A DNA stretch of 64,000 nucleotides from Bacillota bacterium (GTDB lineage: Bacteria; Patescibacteriota; Patescibacteriia; Patescibacteriales; UBA12465). The notes beneath the pieces are model-generated. The model did not search any database. It was not told the DNA's origin and saw only the letters and a list, made by a program, of their open reading frames with translations. The stretch covers positions 139,005 to 203,004 of the forward strand of contig JBLNBA010000004.1 in NCBI GenBank assembly GCA_050259635.1. Reading direction: 5' to 3'. A program made the position numbers and the translations under genes. Each line of letters begins with the position of its first letter. The stretch's first letter is position 1. Shown here piece after piece: positions 26,632 to 36,395 of this stretch.

Positions 26632-27507
26632 TTATTCCTCAATCTTATCCATTATATTGCCCAGTTCTTCATCGCTATAGAACTCCAGCAATACCCGTCC
26701 TCCTCGCCGCGATCGGATAATCTTGGCCTTGGTACCGAAATAAGTCCTTAGCTTCTCTTCGCGGTCCTGGTCCGCATAATTAGCCACAATCTTCGCCGAC
26801 TTAGTGCCGCCCATCCTCTTGGTTTCATCATGAGTCTGAGCCACGGACAAATTCTGATTGATGATCTTCCGAAATAGCACCATCTGCTTGCCGGGGTTAT
26901 CTATGCCTAAAAGATATTTGGCGTGTGCCTCGGTTATGCGTCCGGAACTTAAAGCTTCCTGCATTTCCAATGGAAGATCTAGCAGGCGCAAAGAGTTTGC
27001 CAGGCTGGAACGAGCCTTCCCCACTCTTTTAGAAGTCTCTTCCTGAGTAAGGTCGAACTCATCCATAAGGCGCTGATAGGCTCGCGCCGTCTCGACCGGA
27101 TCAAGATCCTGGCGCTGCAGATTCTCTATAAGCGCCAACTCTAGCTTCTTCTGCTGACTGGCTTCGCGGACGATTGCCGGAACGGTCTTTAAGCCGAGCT
27201 GTTGCGCGCTGCGCCACCGGCGTTCGCCAGCGATAAGTTCATAGCCCCCGTCTTTGCGGGTAACCACCAAAGGTTGGATGATCCCGTGCTCACGAATGGA
27301 GTCGATAAGTTCCCGGAGGGAGGCCTCGCTGAAATTATGACGCGGTTGATAGGGATTGATAACGATCGTCTTGGGATCGATATGGTGGACGCGTTCGTCG
27401 TCCCTCAAGGGTGCTGCTGCCGCAGAAGGATTGCCCTCCTCACTGTTATTTTCTGGATTCTTTTTTGGAATAAGGGAGCCGAGACCCCTGCCTAAAGCCT
27501 GAGACAT
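26632..27507 (-). CDS. parB: Chromosome partitioning protein ParB/Spo0J
   Basis: 291 aa; IIQPLVVTRKDGGYELIAGERRWRSA ParB box and an HTH (LTQEETSKRVGKARSSLANSLRLL). Confidence 0.9.
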   Translation of the reverse strand: MSQALGRGLGSLIPKKNPENNSEEGNPSAAAAPLRDDERVHHIDPKTIVINPYQPRHNFSEASLRELIDSIREHGIIQPLVVTRKDGGYELIAGERRWRSAQQLGLKTVPAIVREASQQKKLELALIENLQRQDLDPVETARAYQRLMDEFDLTQEETSKRVGKARSSLANSLRLLDLPLEMQEALSSGRITEAHAKYLLGIDNPGKQMVLFRKIINQNLSVAQTHDETKRMGGTKSAKIVANYADQDREEKLRTYFGTKAKIIRSRRGGRVLLEFYSDEELGNIMDKIEE

Positions 27508-27516
27508 ATTTATAGA

Positions 27517-28281
27517 TTATTTTTCCAAAGAGATCACTTCTTGGGATAAGGCAAAGTATGCCTTAGCGCCGCTGGATTTAGGATCGTAATACAAAATGCT
27601 TCGACCGTAGCTTGGCGCTTCAGCGAGCTTGACGCTTCTGGGAATAAGAGAATCGAAAACTTTTCCGGGAAAAAATTTCTTGAGTTCGTCCAATACGGCA
27701 CCGGATAATTTATTACGCCGATCAAACATGGTAACTACCGCACCCATGATCTCCAAGCTCGGCTTGAGATTGTCTCTTACCAAGCCCACCGTCTCCAAAA
27801 GTTGGCCCAAACCTTCCAGGGCATAATACTCGCTCTGGATGGGTATAAGGACCGAGTCTGCGGCTACAAGGCTGTTTACTGTGAGCAAGCCTAAAGAAGG
27901 AGGACCGTCAATGATGATGTAATCATAATCCGCCCGTACCTCTTCAAGCATCAAAGCCAAGCGGAATTCACGGTTTTCTATGGAAACCATCTCGATGCCG
28001 GCGCCGGCTAAAGCAACCGTGGCCGGAGCAACCCAGAGATACTCCTCTTGGGTTTTAACAACAACCTCGCGCAGAGGCTTCTGCCCAAGTAAAGCTTCGT
28101 ATATGCCTGCCTCCAGCTTGCCGTGCTCTATGCCAAGTCCGGAAGTGGCATTGGCCTGAGGATCAAGATCCACCAACAAGACTCTCTTTTTGGCCTCCGC
28201 CAAGTAAGAGCATAAATTAACGCTGGTAGTAGTCTTCCCCACCCCGCCTTTTTGGTTTACGATCGCGATTATCTTACCCAT
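27517..28281 (-). CDS. parA: Chromosome partitioning ATPase ParA/Soj
   Basis: 254 aa; deviant Walker A NQKGGVGKTTT; DLDPQANAT; IIIDGPPSLG. Confidence 0.92.
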   Translation of the reverse strand: MGKIIAIVNQKGGVGKTTTSVNLCSYLAEAKKRVLLVDLDPQANATSGLGIEHGKLEAGIYEALLGQKPLREVVVKTQEEYLWVAPATVALAGAGIEMVSIENREFRLALMLEEVRADYDYIIIDGPPSLGLLTVNSLVAADSVLIPIQSEYYALEGLGQLLETVGLVRDNLKPSLEIMGAVVTMFDRRNKLSGAVLDELKKFFPGKVFDSLIPRSVKLAEAPSYGRSILYYDPKSSGAKAYFALSQEVISLEK

Positions 28282-28337
28282 ATAGAAAAACGGGCGATTT
28301 TGGCTTATAGAATGATAATTCCAGCCCGGATGCTATC

Positions 28338-28366
28338 ATTATAACTTAATAGCTTTTCTTTGACAA
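28338..28366 (-). promoter_or_regulatory. parAB promoter
   Basis: Minus strand reads TTGTCA-N17-TATAAT. Its -35 hexamer overlaps the -35 of the divergent tRNA-Leu promoter. Confidence 0.55.
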
Positions 28367-28388
28367 TTAAAATATTATTTATTATACT
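28359..28388 (+). promoter_or_regulatory. tRNA-Leu promoter
   Basis: TTGACA-N18-TATACT, about 28 nt upstream of the tRNA 5' end. Confidence 0.55.
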
Positions 28389-28415
28389 AATTTTCGTACC
28401 GAATATTATGGACTT

Positions 28416-28499
28416 GCCGCGGTGGCGGAACTGGTAGACGCGCACGACTCAAACTCGTGTGGGGGAGACTCCGTGAGGGTTCGATTCCCTCTCGCGGCA
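28416..28499 (+). tRNA. tRNA-Leu (anticodon CAA)
   Basis: Hand-folded: acceptor GCCGCGG/TCGCGGC, anticodon stem CACGA/TCGTG with loop CTCAAAC, long variable arm, T-arm GAGGG-TTCGATT-CCCTC. 84 nt. Confidence 0.88.
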
Positions 28500-28611
28500 C
28501 ATAAAAGATCCATTTAGGGTCTTTTTTTTGTTTCCTTAAATCATTTGACAATCTTTGGATTTAATGATAATTTACTTTAAAATCATTTTGTAGCACATAA
28601 ACAACTAAACC

Positions 28612-29133
28612 ATGGAAATAGAAGAATTTTGGAAACTGTATGATCTCTATGTGGAGACTGGCAATTACCAATTTTTGTCAGATTTATCAAAAGGACTGGC
28701 CGAGCTCGAACAAAAAGACAGGCAAAATCAACTTACTCGTCCAGATAAAAGTTGGAACAAGATTCTTGCCTGGCAGGTAACAAGAAACCAAGTGTTTCAC
28801 CATCCAAACAATCACACTTTCCAACTTCGAGAACACGAGATTATAATGTGGCACCGTCATTGGGACAGGGATATGTATATTTCTCGCATCCCCTCTCTGG
28901 AATTAGTTTCCGGAGCATATCTCAACCCTGGCAATAAAATGGATCTTGAAGATAAGGATGATTATTCCGTAAATGAATGGGACAATATTATCAAGTATCG
29001 CACGTTTACCGACGAGAGAGGGTTATACCTCCCCCTCTACCAAAAGAGAGACGTTCTCTTCCTTCTTAAAAAATTCATGGAGGAATGTAGAGACGAGGCC
29101 ATCGCCAAAGCAACTGAAAGCTTTGGACAGTAA
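28612..29133 (+). CDS. Hypothetical protein
   Basis: 173-aa ORF in the AT-rich patch after tRNA-Leu; candidate promoter TTGACA-N17-TAATTT at 28545-28573. Confidence 0.5.
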   Translation: MEIEEFWKLYDLYVETGNYQFLSDLSKGLAELEQKDRQNQLTRPDKSWNKILAWQVTRNQVFHHPNNHTFQLREHEIIMWHRHWDRDMYISRIPSLELVSGAYLNPGNKMDLEDKDDYSVNEWDNIIKYRTFTDERGLYLPLYQKRDVLFLLKKFMEECRDEAIAKATESFGQ

Positions 29134-29234
29134 CACCAGCAAGACTCTGAATAAGGGTCTTTTTAATTTTACGAGAAGATCTTCTTTATTGAACATTATG
29201 ACCTGATAATAATAACATCAACTCAGTTCATTAA

Positions 29235-29636
29235 ATTATAAACCGCCAAAATCATTTCACCTGTCTTGGTATTCATACTGACCCTATTTGGCATCAAAGA
29301 GCCAAGCAATTATATCCCTCAAGTGATTACCGACTTAAAGAAGACTATTACCCCGACCACAATCACCGAGCCTCTGCCATCTTTGTAATCAATCCCGTAA
29401 ACTGTTCCTATGAAGAAATTTTAAAAAGTATTGAGATGATTCTCGAGCCCGGCGGATACCTATTTATGCATATTAATAGTCTTCCTGATATTGAAAAAAC
29501 TATTAAAAGCTGCATAGAAGAAGAATATGACATTATTGAGGAACTAAAATTTGCACGTTTGCGTTACCACCCACTAATGTATTTTCATTCCATCTACGAG
29601 GTATATTTGTCAGAAAAATTTAATCTAAAACAATAA
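29235..29636 (+). pseudogene. 5'-truncated paralog of the 30138-30689 methyltransferase-fold gene
   Basis: Open frame from the stop at 29232-29234. CLGIHTDPIWHQRAKQLYPSSDYRL...ILEPGGYLFMH...LRYHP...IYEV aligns with residues ~65-184 of the downstream gene. The N-terminal third and any ATG before 29436 are missing. Confidence 0.55.
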
Positions 29637-29665
29637 AGAGCGACCAAAGGACCGCTCTTTTTTTA
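29637..29665 (+). terminator. Rho-independent terminator
   Basis: Stem AGAGCG/CGCTCT followed by T7. Confidence 0.65.
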
Positions 29666-29804
29666 ATATAATCGCGGTTTATAAAACAAAATAGCTAATT
29701 TTAGTAAAAAATTAAGTGTCACTTTCTTCTTCTATTATTTCACCTGCAATTTCGCTGTTCTATATTTCGCAAAAATAGGAAGCCCGGTCGCATTAAAGAA
29801 AAAA

Positions 29805-30020
29805 ATGCAAAGGCTTTCAAATGACGTGTCCAGCAATCTGCAAATCTTGAAAGATAGGCGCGAAGATATCCTAAAATTCTCGGAAGATATAAAACATGAA
29901 CCGGACAAGAAAATGATGGAAAAGCGTTTGGCAAAAATTGAAAATGACATCAGTTCTTACGAAATCAAGGCTTCCATTCTCAGCCATCTCCCCAAAGAGG
30001 ATTTCAGAGGCCAATGCTAA
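29805..30020 (+). CDS. Small hypothetical coiled-coil protein (uncertain)
   Basis: 71-aa K/E-rich ORF. Competing antisense ORFs exist; a weak hairpin CCCTG...CAGGG plus a T-run follows it. Confidence 0.3.
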   Translation: MQRLSNDVSSNLQILKDRREDILKFSEDIKHEPDKKMMEKRLAKIENDISSYEIKASILSHLPKEDFRGQC

Positions 30021-30065
30021 AAATCCTCTGCGACCGCCCTGCCACTTAATTGACAGGGTTTTTTA

Positions 30066-30094
30066 TTGACATTCCCTCAGGTAAAGATTAACAT
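30066..30094 (+). promoter_or_regulatory. Sigma70-type promoter of the methyltransferase-fold gene
   Basis: TTGACA-N17-TAACAT. The TTG used as a start by the ORF track is the -35 box itself. Confidence 0.5.
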
Positions 30095-30137
30095 CACCTT
30101 AGTTCGTTGTAACAACCCACACCCAAACACTGAAATC

Positions 30138-30689
30138 ATGGAAAACGCTCATTTAATGGAACATGTGAACCAAGGAAAGCACCTGTTCAACCACGCCACT
30201 AGCCTAGCCGAAAGATTTCTAGAATTTCTTCAGAAAAATGAATGGCCAAAAGGCCTTTTGATCGAACTAGAATGCCACCGGGGACACAGCATCGATTACT
30301 TCAGGCGAGAGCACATTTTTTGCTTCGGAATCCATACCGATTCGGAATGGAATAAGCGGGCAAAACAGCTCTATCCTCGCAGCGAATACCGTTTAGGTCC
30401 AATCTGCGACCCGGAAATAAAAAATGGCCTAGCCTCCGCCGTCTTCGCTATCAATCCTCGTCCCTGTCCAGATGAACTGGCGATTGCCGAGGCCTGGCGG
30501 ATCCTCAAGCCGGGAGGATATCTCTGCATGCATTTTTACTTGGAAAACAAGGGACCGGATGAGCAACTGGCAATCAGGCCGCTACTCTCCAAATTTGAGA
30601 TCCTTAACGAAATGAAGTTCAGCAGCCTGCGTTTCCATCCTCAGTTGGACTATAATTTTATCTACGAAGTAATGTGCCGGAAATCGTAA
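30138..30689 (+). CDS. Class I methyltransferase-fold protein with degenerate SAM loop
   Basis: Start placed at ATG 30138 (MENAHLMEHV). ILKPGGYL post-III motif and GIHTD motif-II-like; motif I reads LIELECHRGHS instead of a Gly-rich loop. Confidence 0.5.
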   Translation: MENAHLMEHVNQGKHLFNHATSLAERFLEFLQKNEWPKGLLIELECHRGHSIDYFRREHIFCFGIHTDSEWNKRAKQLYPRSEYRLGPICDPEIKNGLASAVFAINPRPCPDELAIAEAWRILKPGGYLCMHFYLENKGPDEQLAIRPLLSKFEILNEMKFSSLRFHPQLDYNFIYEVMCRKS

Positions 30690-30694
30690 AACAA

Positions 30695-30721
30695 AAGGAG
30701 CAATATGCTCCTTTCTTTTTT
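30695..30721. terminator. Bidirectional terminator between convergent genes
   Basis: Stem AAGGAGC/GCTCCTT followed by TCTTTTTT. Confidence 0.65.
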
Positions 30722-31073
30722 ATCTTATCTTTTGGAAACGGACGCTGAAATACGGTTCATACTCCACCTGATTTTCATCGGTCACCTTCACCGGTTCGCC
30801 TTTGGTCAGCTGCGTTAAGGCAATATCGCTTAGCATCTGTTTGTCTCCCGCAATGTTCAACTTCAGGCCCTCAAGCTTATCAAACTCTTCTTTTAAGTCG
30901 GCTTTTACCGAAGCCTCAATCTGTTTTTTCTTGATCTTCATCGCTTCCAGCTCCTCCACCACTTCATGATAATTGCCATTTACGGACAAGGCGTCGCGAT
31001 ACATCTTTTTGAGTTCGCGCTGACTCTTCTGTTTTTCCTGCAAGCGCTTAAATACTTCATCGAGCTGAGACAT
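30720..31073 (-). CDS. Hypothetical coiled-coil protein
   Basis: 117 aa, heptad-rich K/E sequence. An extended -10 TGCTATAAT (minus strand, 31103-31111) lies upstream. Confidence 0.55.
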   Translation of the reverse strand: MSQLDEVFKRLQEKQKSQRELKKMYRDALSVNGNYHEVVEELEAMKIKKKQIEASVKADLKEEFDKLEGLKLNIAGDKQMLSDIALTQLTKGEPVKVTDENQVEYEPYFSVRFQKIR

Positions 31074-31111
31074 AGTAGAAAATATTAGGTGAATATTCTG
31101 AGATTATAGCA

Positions 31112-31141
31112 AAAACAAAAAGAGCCGGAAAGGCTCATTTT
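31112..31141 (-). terminator. Rho-independent terminator after mnmA
   Basis: Minus strand reads GAGCC-TTTCC-GGCTC followed by TTTTTGTTTTT. Confidence 0.6.
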
Positions 31142-31153
31142 TATTGGATTTTT

Positions 31154-32239
31154 TTAATCTATCACGCCACCGCCCAGAAGACGGGAGCCGGAAAAGAAGA
31201 CTGCGCTCTGGCCGGAGGTAATAGCGCGGGTTTGTTCCTTGAGGCTGACGCGCAATTTCTTCCCTCTCCCGCTAACCAGGCATCTGATCGGCTTGTACCC
31301 GTAACGGATAACGACCTCGCATCGCAGAGGCATTACCGGAATCTTCCTTCCGGTCCACGAGACGCCGGAGACGGAAAAATCCATGCCATACAATTCGTGG
31401 TCATCCCATTGGCGGACCACCCAGAGCGTATTGGCAGAGTAGTCTTTTTCGGCGACATAGTATGGGCCACTACCGCCAATTTCAATCCCTCGCCTTTGGC
31501 CCAAAGTATATAAGGGCAAGCCTTCATGGCGTCCGATTTCCTTTCCGTCTTCCTTGCAGCGGATAGGCCCGGGTATAAGCTTAAGGTATCTTTTTAAGAA
31601 ATCATTATGCGGACCGCTGAGAAAGCAGATATCCTGGCTTTCCGCCTTGGATGCTGTCGGCAAGCCGAATCGAGCAGCTATCTTGCGGACCTCTTCTTTC
31701 CGGTACCGTCCCAAGGGGAAATATAAATGCCGTAACTCCGCTTGGCTAAACGTGTATAAAAAATATGACTGGTCCTTCTTGGGATCGTTGCCTTTATACA
31801 CCAAAGCTTCTCCTTCCTTATCAAGACGCTTCAAATAGTGGCCGCTTGCCACACCATCGTATCCCAGAGCTCGGGCGTGCTTTAAGAGTAGCCCCAGTTT
31901 GATCCGCTTATTACAAACCACGCAAGGATTTGGCGTCCGCCCCGCCCCATATTCCGCAAGGAAATAATCCACAACCTCTTTCTTGAATTCTCTCTCAAAA
32001 TTCAGAGAAAATAGCGGAATGCCGATCTTAGCCGCCACCGCCTTGGCATCATTCAGGGATTCTAAAGAGCAACATTTATTTTCAGTTTTTACCGGGGCTT
32101 TATCATCCTTCCAAAAATGCAAGAAAACCCCGGAGACATCATAGCCCCGGTTTTTAAGCAATTGGGCGGCCACCGAAGAATCTACTCCTCCGGACATGGC
32201 AACCAGAATCTTTAACTTCTTCTTTTCTTTCGTTTTCAT
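31154..32239 (-). CDS. mnmA: tRNA 2-thiouridine(34) synthase MnmA
   Basis: 361 aa; PP-loop VAMSGGVDSSVAA; NPCVVCN; ASGHY...DQSYFL. Confidence 0.92.
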   Translation of the reverse strand: MKTKEKKKLKILVAMSGGVDSSVAAQLLKNRGYDVSGVFLHFWKDDKAPVKTENKCCSLESLNDAKAVAAKIGIPLFSLNFEREFKKEVVDYFLAEYGAGRTPNPCVVCNKRIKLGLLLKHARALGYDGVASGHYLKRLDKEGEALVYKGNDPKKDQSYFLYTFSQAELRHLYFPLGRYRKEEVRKIAARFGLPTASKAESQDICFLSGPHNDFLKRYLKLIPGPIRCKEDGKEIGRHEGLPLYTLGQRRGIEIGGSGPYYVAEKDYSANTLWVVRQWDDHELYGMDFSVSGVSWTGRKIPVMPLRCEVVIRYGYKPIRCLVSGRGKKLRVSLKEQTRAITSGQSAVFFSGSRLLGGGVID

Positions 32240-32676
32240 GTTTCTAGTATTATCGTCGCGGGCCCGTCATTAACGAGCGATACTTCCATGTGTTCGCCGA
32301 AAGATCCGAGAGCGGCTCTTATGCCGGCGGCCGCGATCTTCCCTGCGACCAAATCAATTAGCGGGCGAGCTTCCTCTGGACGAGCGGATTTAATGAAACT
32401 CGGCCGGTTGCCCTTGTCCGCTTCGCCATAGAGCGTGAATTGCGACACCAGTAAAACAGACAGTCCTGCCTTATCCTTTAAGGAAAGATTCATCTTTCCA
32501 TCGGCATCGTCAAAGATCCGCAAACGAATGATCTTTTCCGCCATTTTGCCGGCTTGTTCCGATCCATCCCCGATCTTGACCGCCAAGAGAACCAAAAAAC
32601 CAGCCTCGATCCGGCTGATTTCTTTTCCCTGGAGGCTAACGGATGCCGATCTTACCCTCTGGATGACAGCACGCAT
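32236..32676 (-). CDS. dtd: D-aminoacyl-tRNA deacylase
   Basis: 146 aa; MRAVIQRV...LLVSQFTLYG...GNRPSF...NDGPATI; 4-nt overlap with mnmA. Confidence 0.92.
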   Translation of the reverse strand: MRAVIQRVRSASVSLQGKEISRIEAGFLVLLAVKIGDGSEQAGKMAEKIIRLRIFDDADGKMNLSLKDKAGLSVLLVSQFTLYGEADKGNRPSFIKSARPEEARPLIDLVAGKIAAAGIRAALGSFGEHMEVSLVNDGPATIILET

Positions 32677-32677
32677 A

Positions 32678-33820
32678 TTATAGTGAATGGAAAAGGTTTA
32701 TGTACCCCTTGGCCGTTTCTTCCCAAGAAAATTTCTTTATCTGCTGCTTACCGGCAGTGATCAGCTTTTCCTTGATCGCCGGTTCCCTGACCACAAGCTC
32801 CATCGCTTTAGCGATTTCATTGATATCGTGAGGATTGACCGTGAGGGCGGCCCCGCCCACCACTTCCGGCAGACTGGCGACATTAGTAGTTATTACTGGC
32901 AAGCCGTGGGCCATCGCCTCTAACGGCGGTAAGCCGAAACCTTCGTAATATGAAGGATATACCAAGGCTTCCGCCCGGCGATACAATAGTTCCTTCTCGC
33001 GCGCAGAAACATAACCCAAGAACTTTATATCTCTCCGATAAGGGGAGTTTTCCCAAGCCCGAAATATCTCCCTGTGCCGCCAACCGCGCGCACCCGCCAA
33101 AACCAATTGCACATCAACTTGGTTGACATTCTCATCGCGGAAGCGGTTATAGGCATAAATGAGCCCGGCGATATTCTTGCGCGGCTCGATCGTCCCCAGG
33201 TAAAGGAAAAAGCGGGGTTTAAGCTCATGGCGGCGGAAGAAGTTCTTCACTTCATCCGGCCCGGGAGCCGGCACGCCTTGGCTGATACCGGAGTATATGG
33301 TTGTTACCTTCCCCTCCGGTATCCCTAACCGTTCGATGATATCCTGGCGCGTATTTTCTGATACCGCCACGATATGGGCGCTTTCCAGAGCCAGCTTCTT
33401 CAAGGTCAAAGCTTTATGCCAGAAATTCTTCCGCCGGCTAAAAAACTCGGGATAATGGAGGAAAGAAACATCATGGATAGTAAGGACATGTTTTGTCTTC
33501 GGGGAGAAGCAGCTGAAATTAATATGCGGCGACCAAAAGACATCCGCTCCGCCTACCGCCTCATCCAGCTTGGGCCAGGCAAAGACTTTTTGCAAGCCGT
33601 AATTGAACACCTTATTAGGGTAGGAGGTTCTCTTAAGCTCAAGCTTCGGATGTTCAAAACTTCCGATCCTCGCTTCCACGTTCCTGAAAGAATTATAATA
33701 TAGGCGAAATTCGTCCTCTTCGTCTTGACGCAAGATCGCCCTCAAAACCGCCGAAGCATATTCGGATACGCCGCTATATTGCTTGTCCATCAGCACTCTG
33801 ATATCGATCCCGATCTTCAT
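32678..33820 (-). CDS. Glycosyltransferase family 4 (GT-B)
   Basis: 380 aa; C-terminal [31 protein letters not shown] motif. Confidence 0.8.
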   Translation of the reverse strand: MKIGIDIRVLMDKQYSGVSEYASAVLRAILRQDEEDEFRLYYNSFRNVEARIGSFEHPKLELKRTSYPNKVFNYGLQKVFAWPKLDEAVGGADVFWSPHINFSCFSPKTKHVLTIHDVSFLHYPEFFSRRKNFWHKALTLKKLALESAHIVAVSENTRQDIIERLGIPEGKVTTIYSGISQGVPAPGPDEVKNFFRRHELKPRFFLYLGTIEPRKNIAGLIYAYNRFRDENVNQVDVQLVLAGARGWRHREIFRAWENSPYRRDIKFLGYVSAREKELLYRRAEALVYPSYYEGFGLPPLEAMAHGLPVITTNVASLPEVVGGAALTVNPHDINEIAKAMELVVREPAIKEKLITAGKQQIKKFSWEETAKGYINLFHSL

Positions 33821-34956
33821 AGGTTTTTTCCAAGCCGTTCGTCGATAAATTTGCCAAGATGGCGGCGGAAATTAGCGACCGAATATTTCTCCGCTTCTTT
33901 GCGTATTTCCTGGCTATCCCAAACCAAACTCCCGTTATCCAATCCTTCTTGGAATTTGCGGACTACCGCCATAAGGGCCTCGGGCGTCTGTTCATCGAAG
34001 AAGAGCCCATTCTTGCCTTCGGCTACGGTTTCGGTCGCTCCTCCCTTCCTAAAGGCGATTACCGGCCTTCCTGAGGCCATAGCTTCCACCACCGTGATAC
34101 CGAAATCTTCTTCTTGGGGATTGATAAAAGCCAGGGCCTGAGAATAAAGATCCGCTTTCCGTTCTTCATTTACTCGTCCAAGAAATTCAATGTTAGTCGC
34201 ATCACCGGCCAGCTTCTTAAGCCGCGGGGCGTCTATGCCATCCCCGAATATCTTGAGGCGATATCCGTCACCCAGAGCCTTGAAAGCTTGCACGACGATA
34301 TCGGCCCGCTTATATGGCGCCAGACGGCAACCGAGGAGGAAGTACCGCTCCGCGGATGCCTGCCCAGAAATATCAGTAATATGGAAATGCTCGGTTTCTA
34401 CCGGAGGATATATGACCTCAGAATCCCGGCGATAATATTTAGTGATTCGCCGGCGCACAGTCTCTGAATTGGCGATGAAGCTATCTACTCGGGAAGCGGC
34501 GGTGTAATCCCAGATGCGCAGCCGGCCAAGAATGAGGGAAATGGCCTTTTTGATCCACTTATTATATTTGAGTTCATTTAAATACTGATGGGCGTCACTC
34601 CAGAGATAGCGGGTTGGAGTATGGCAATAGCAGACATGCAGGGTTTCGGGAGTGGTAATCACTCCTTTAGCGAAAGCGCTGGCATCCGATATCACTAAAT
34701 CATATTCTCTCAGATCGAAGAACTCCACGGCCATAGGCATGAAGAACAGATACCACTTGTAATGTCTCACCCCTCCGGGCAGACGCTGGATAATGGAAGT
34801 TTCGATCTTCCGCCCCTTGAAATTCTTATCAACATTCCCCTTCTCATAAAGCAGGGTATATATAGGCGCATCCGGATACATTTCGCAGAGGACCTTCAGG
34901 ACTTTTTCCGCTCCCCCATCTTGAGCAAGATGGTCGTGGATCAAAGCAACTTTCAT
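33817..34956 (-). CDS. Glycosyltransferase family 4 (GT-B)
   Basis: 379 aa; EEDFGITVVEAMASGRPVIAFRKGGATETV motif; 4-nt overlap with the downstream GT gene. Confidence 0.8.
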   Translation of the reverse strand: MKVALIHDHLAQDGGAEKVLKVLCEMYPDAPIYTLLYEKGNVDKNFKGRKIETSIIQRLPGGVRHYKWYLFFMPMAVEFFDLREYDLVISDASAFAKGVITTPETLHVCYCHTPTRYLWSDAHQYLNELKYNKWIKKAISLILGRLRIWDYTAASRVDSFIANSETVRRRITKYYRRDSEVIYPPVETEHFHITDISGQASAERYFLLGCRLAPYKRADIVVQAFKALGDGYRLKIFGDGIDAPRLKKLAGDATNIEFLGRVNEERKADLYSQALAFINPQEEDFGITVVEAMASGRPVIAFRKGGATETVAEGKNGLFFDEQTPEALMAVVRKFQEGLDNGSLVWDSQEIRKEAEKYSVANFRRHLGKFIDERLGKNL

Positions 34957-34960
34957 ATTT

Positions 34961-36373
34961 TCACTCCGCCTCCCGATGTTTGAGAACCGCGAAAGGGGTT
35001 TTTAATAAGATAGATATATCCAAAAGCAAGGACCAATTCTCGAGATAATATACGTCCAATTTCACTTCCTCTTCGAAGAGCAGATCAGAACGGCCGGAGA
35101 CCTGCGCGAGACCGGTAATACCCGGCTTCACTGTCAGAGTCTTGCGGTGGTGGTGCTCATATTTGGCCACTTCTTCCGGCAAATGAGGCCGGGGGCCTAC
35201 CAAGCTCATCTTACCGGCAAAAACCAAGAAGAGTTCCGGCAGCTCGTCCAGCGACCAACGGCGGATCTTCTGGCCAACCCTCGTAACACGAGGATCGTCT
35301 TTAATCTTGACCAAGGGCCCGTCCGAGCGGAGATTGCGATCGGATAACTCCCGATAGCGCATACTATCCGAATTGGCGATCATGGAACGGAATTTGAAAT
35401 AGCGGAAGGGACGGCCGCCCTCGCCTACGCGGGTCACATAAGCGCCGTCATCACGTCGGGAAAAGAACACCGGACCGCGGGAATCCAGCTTGATCGCCAA
35501 AGTTACCGCCAAAAGGACCGGAGAGAACAGGATGATAAGGACCGAGGACCCGACAATATCCACCGCCCGTTTGATAATTCTGCCCCAGCCATCCAGGGTC
35601 GTCTTCTTAACCTCCACGATCGGGATACCGGCGAAATCAGTAACCTCCGTGCGCAAGACCTTCACTTCCAAGAGATCGGCAACGTATTTATAAACCAAGT
35701 GATGTTCGGAAGCAAAATCGTACAAACGCAAAGCTTCCGCCTTGCTAAGGTTGGGATCGCTTTGCATGATTTCGTCGACCGGAGTAGCTTTGAGTTCTTC
35801 GGCCAATTCTTGCGCGCTGTCCAGAGAAAAATCACGGAAGCGGCGAATGACCGAATATCCTAATCCCGGTCGGCTGGCATATTCCGCCATCAGCTTATCG
35901 GTCGTCTTGCTGTTCCCTACCAAGACGATCTTACGAGTACCGACGCCGAAATAAAAAAGACGGCGTCGCACCCAGTGCATGAGCAGCCGGCCAAAACTGA
36001 CATAAAGCGTGGCCAAAAGCCAAGCGGCTAAAACGATAAAGCGGGAATCGAATAGTTCCCGACGGAAAAAGGTAAAAATAGCAATCATGGCAAAACCGGT
36101 GGCGCAAGCCAAGACCACCCTTGCCAGCCCCCTGGCAATATTGGGACGGCGGATGCGATACATGCCGGCAAAGGCGAAAACCAAGATCCAACCGACAGCG
36201 ATCACGATGACCGTTTGCAGATACTGATCGAACGGCAAGTTGAAAATCACCGGACGGATCTCGCGGCTAAACTCCGAGAAACGGAGATAATAAGCGGAGA
36301 TGCCGGCAGCAACCAGCATAAGATAATCAAGCGGCACCAGGATAAAACTGAAAAATAATTCAGGTTTTTTCAT
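34961..36373 (-). CDS. Polyprenyl-phosphate sugar phosphotransferase (WbaP/bacterial sugar transferase family)
   Basis: 470 aa; N-terminal TM bundle plus C-terminal KRAVDIVGS...KFRSM...DELPQ-like (SLDELPELF)...VGPRP...PGITGLAQV motifs. Confidence 0.88.
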   Translation of the reverse strand: MKKPELFFSFILVPLDYLMLVAAGISAYYLRFSEFSREIRPVIFNLPFDQYLQTVIVIAVGWILVFAFAGMYRIRRPNIARGLARVVLACATGFAMIAIFTFFRRELFDSRFIVLAAWLLATLYVSFGRLLMHWVRRRLFYFGVGTRKIVLVGNSKTTDKLMAEYASRPGLGYSVIRRFRDFSLDSAQELAEELKATPVDEIMQSDPNLSKAEALRLYDFASEHHLVYKYVADLLEVKVLRTEVTDFAGIPIVEVKKTTLDGWGRIIKRAVDIVGSSVLIILFSPVLLAVTLAIKLDSRGPVFFSRRDDGAYVTRVGEGGRPFRYFKFRSMIANSDSMRYRELSDRNLRSDGPLVKIKDDPRVTRVGQKIRRWSLDELPELFLVFAGKMSLVGPRPHLPEEVAKYEHHHRKTLTVKPGITGLAQVSGRSDLLFEEEVKLDVYYLENWSLLLDISILLKTPFAVLKHREAE

Positions 36374-36395
36374 AGCAATTTAAAAAATATTAATC

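Noticed and set aside
30066-30137. N-terminal extensions offered by the ORF track (30066 TTG; also 36864, 41704, 42641, 47708, 49514, 54604, 63397, 25644, 9297)
   Set aside because: In each case an internal ATG gives a canonical N-terminus (signal peptide, PHP domain and so on). The extension also either contains the predicted promoter or start site, or creates a long overlap with the upstream gene.
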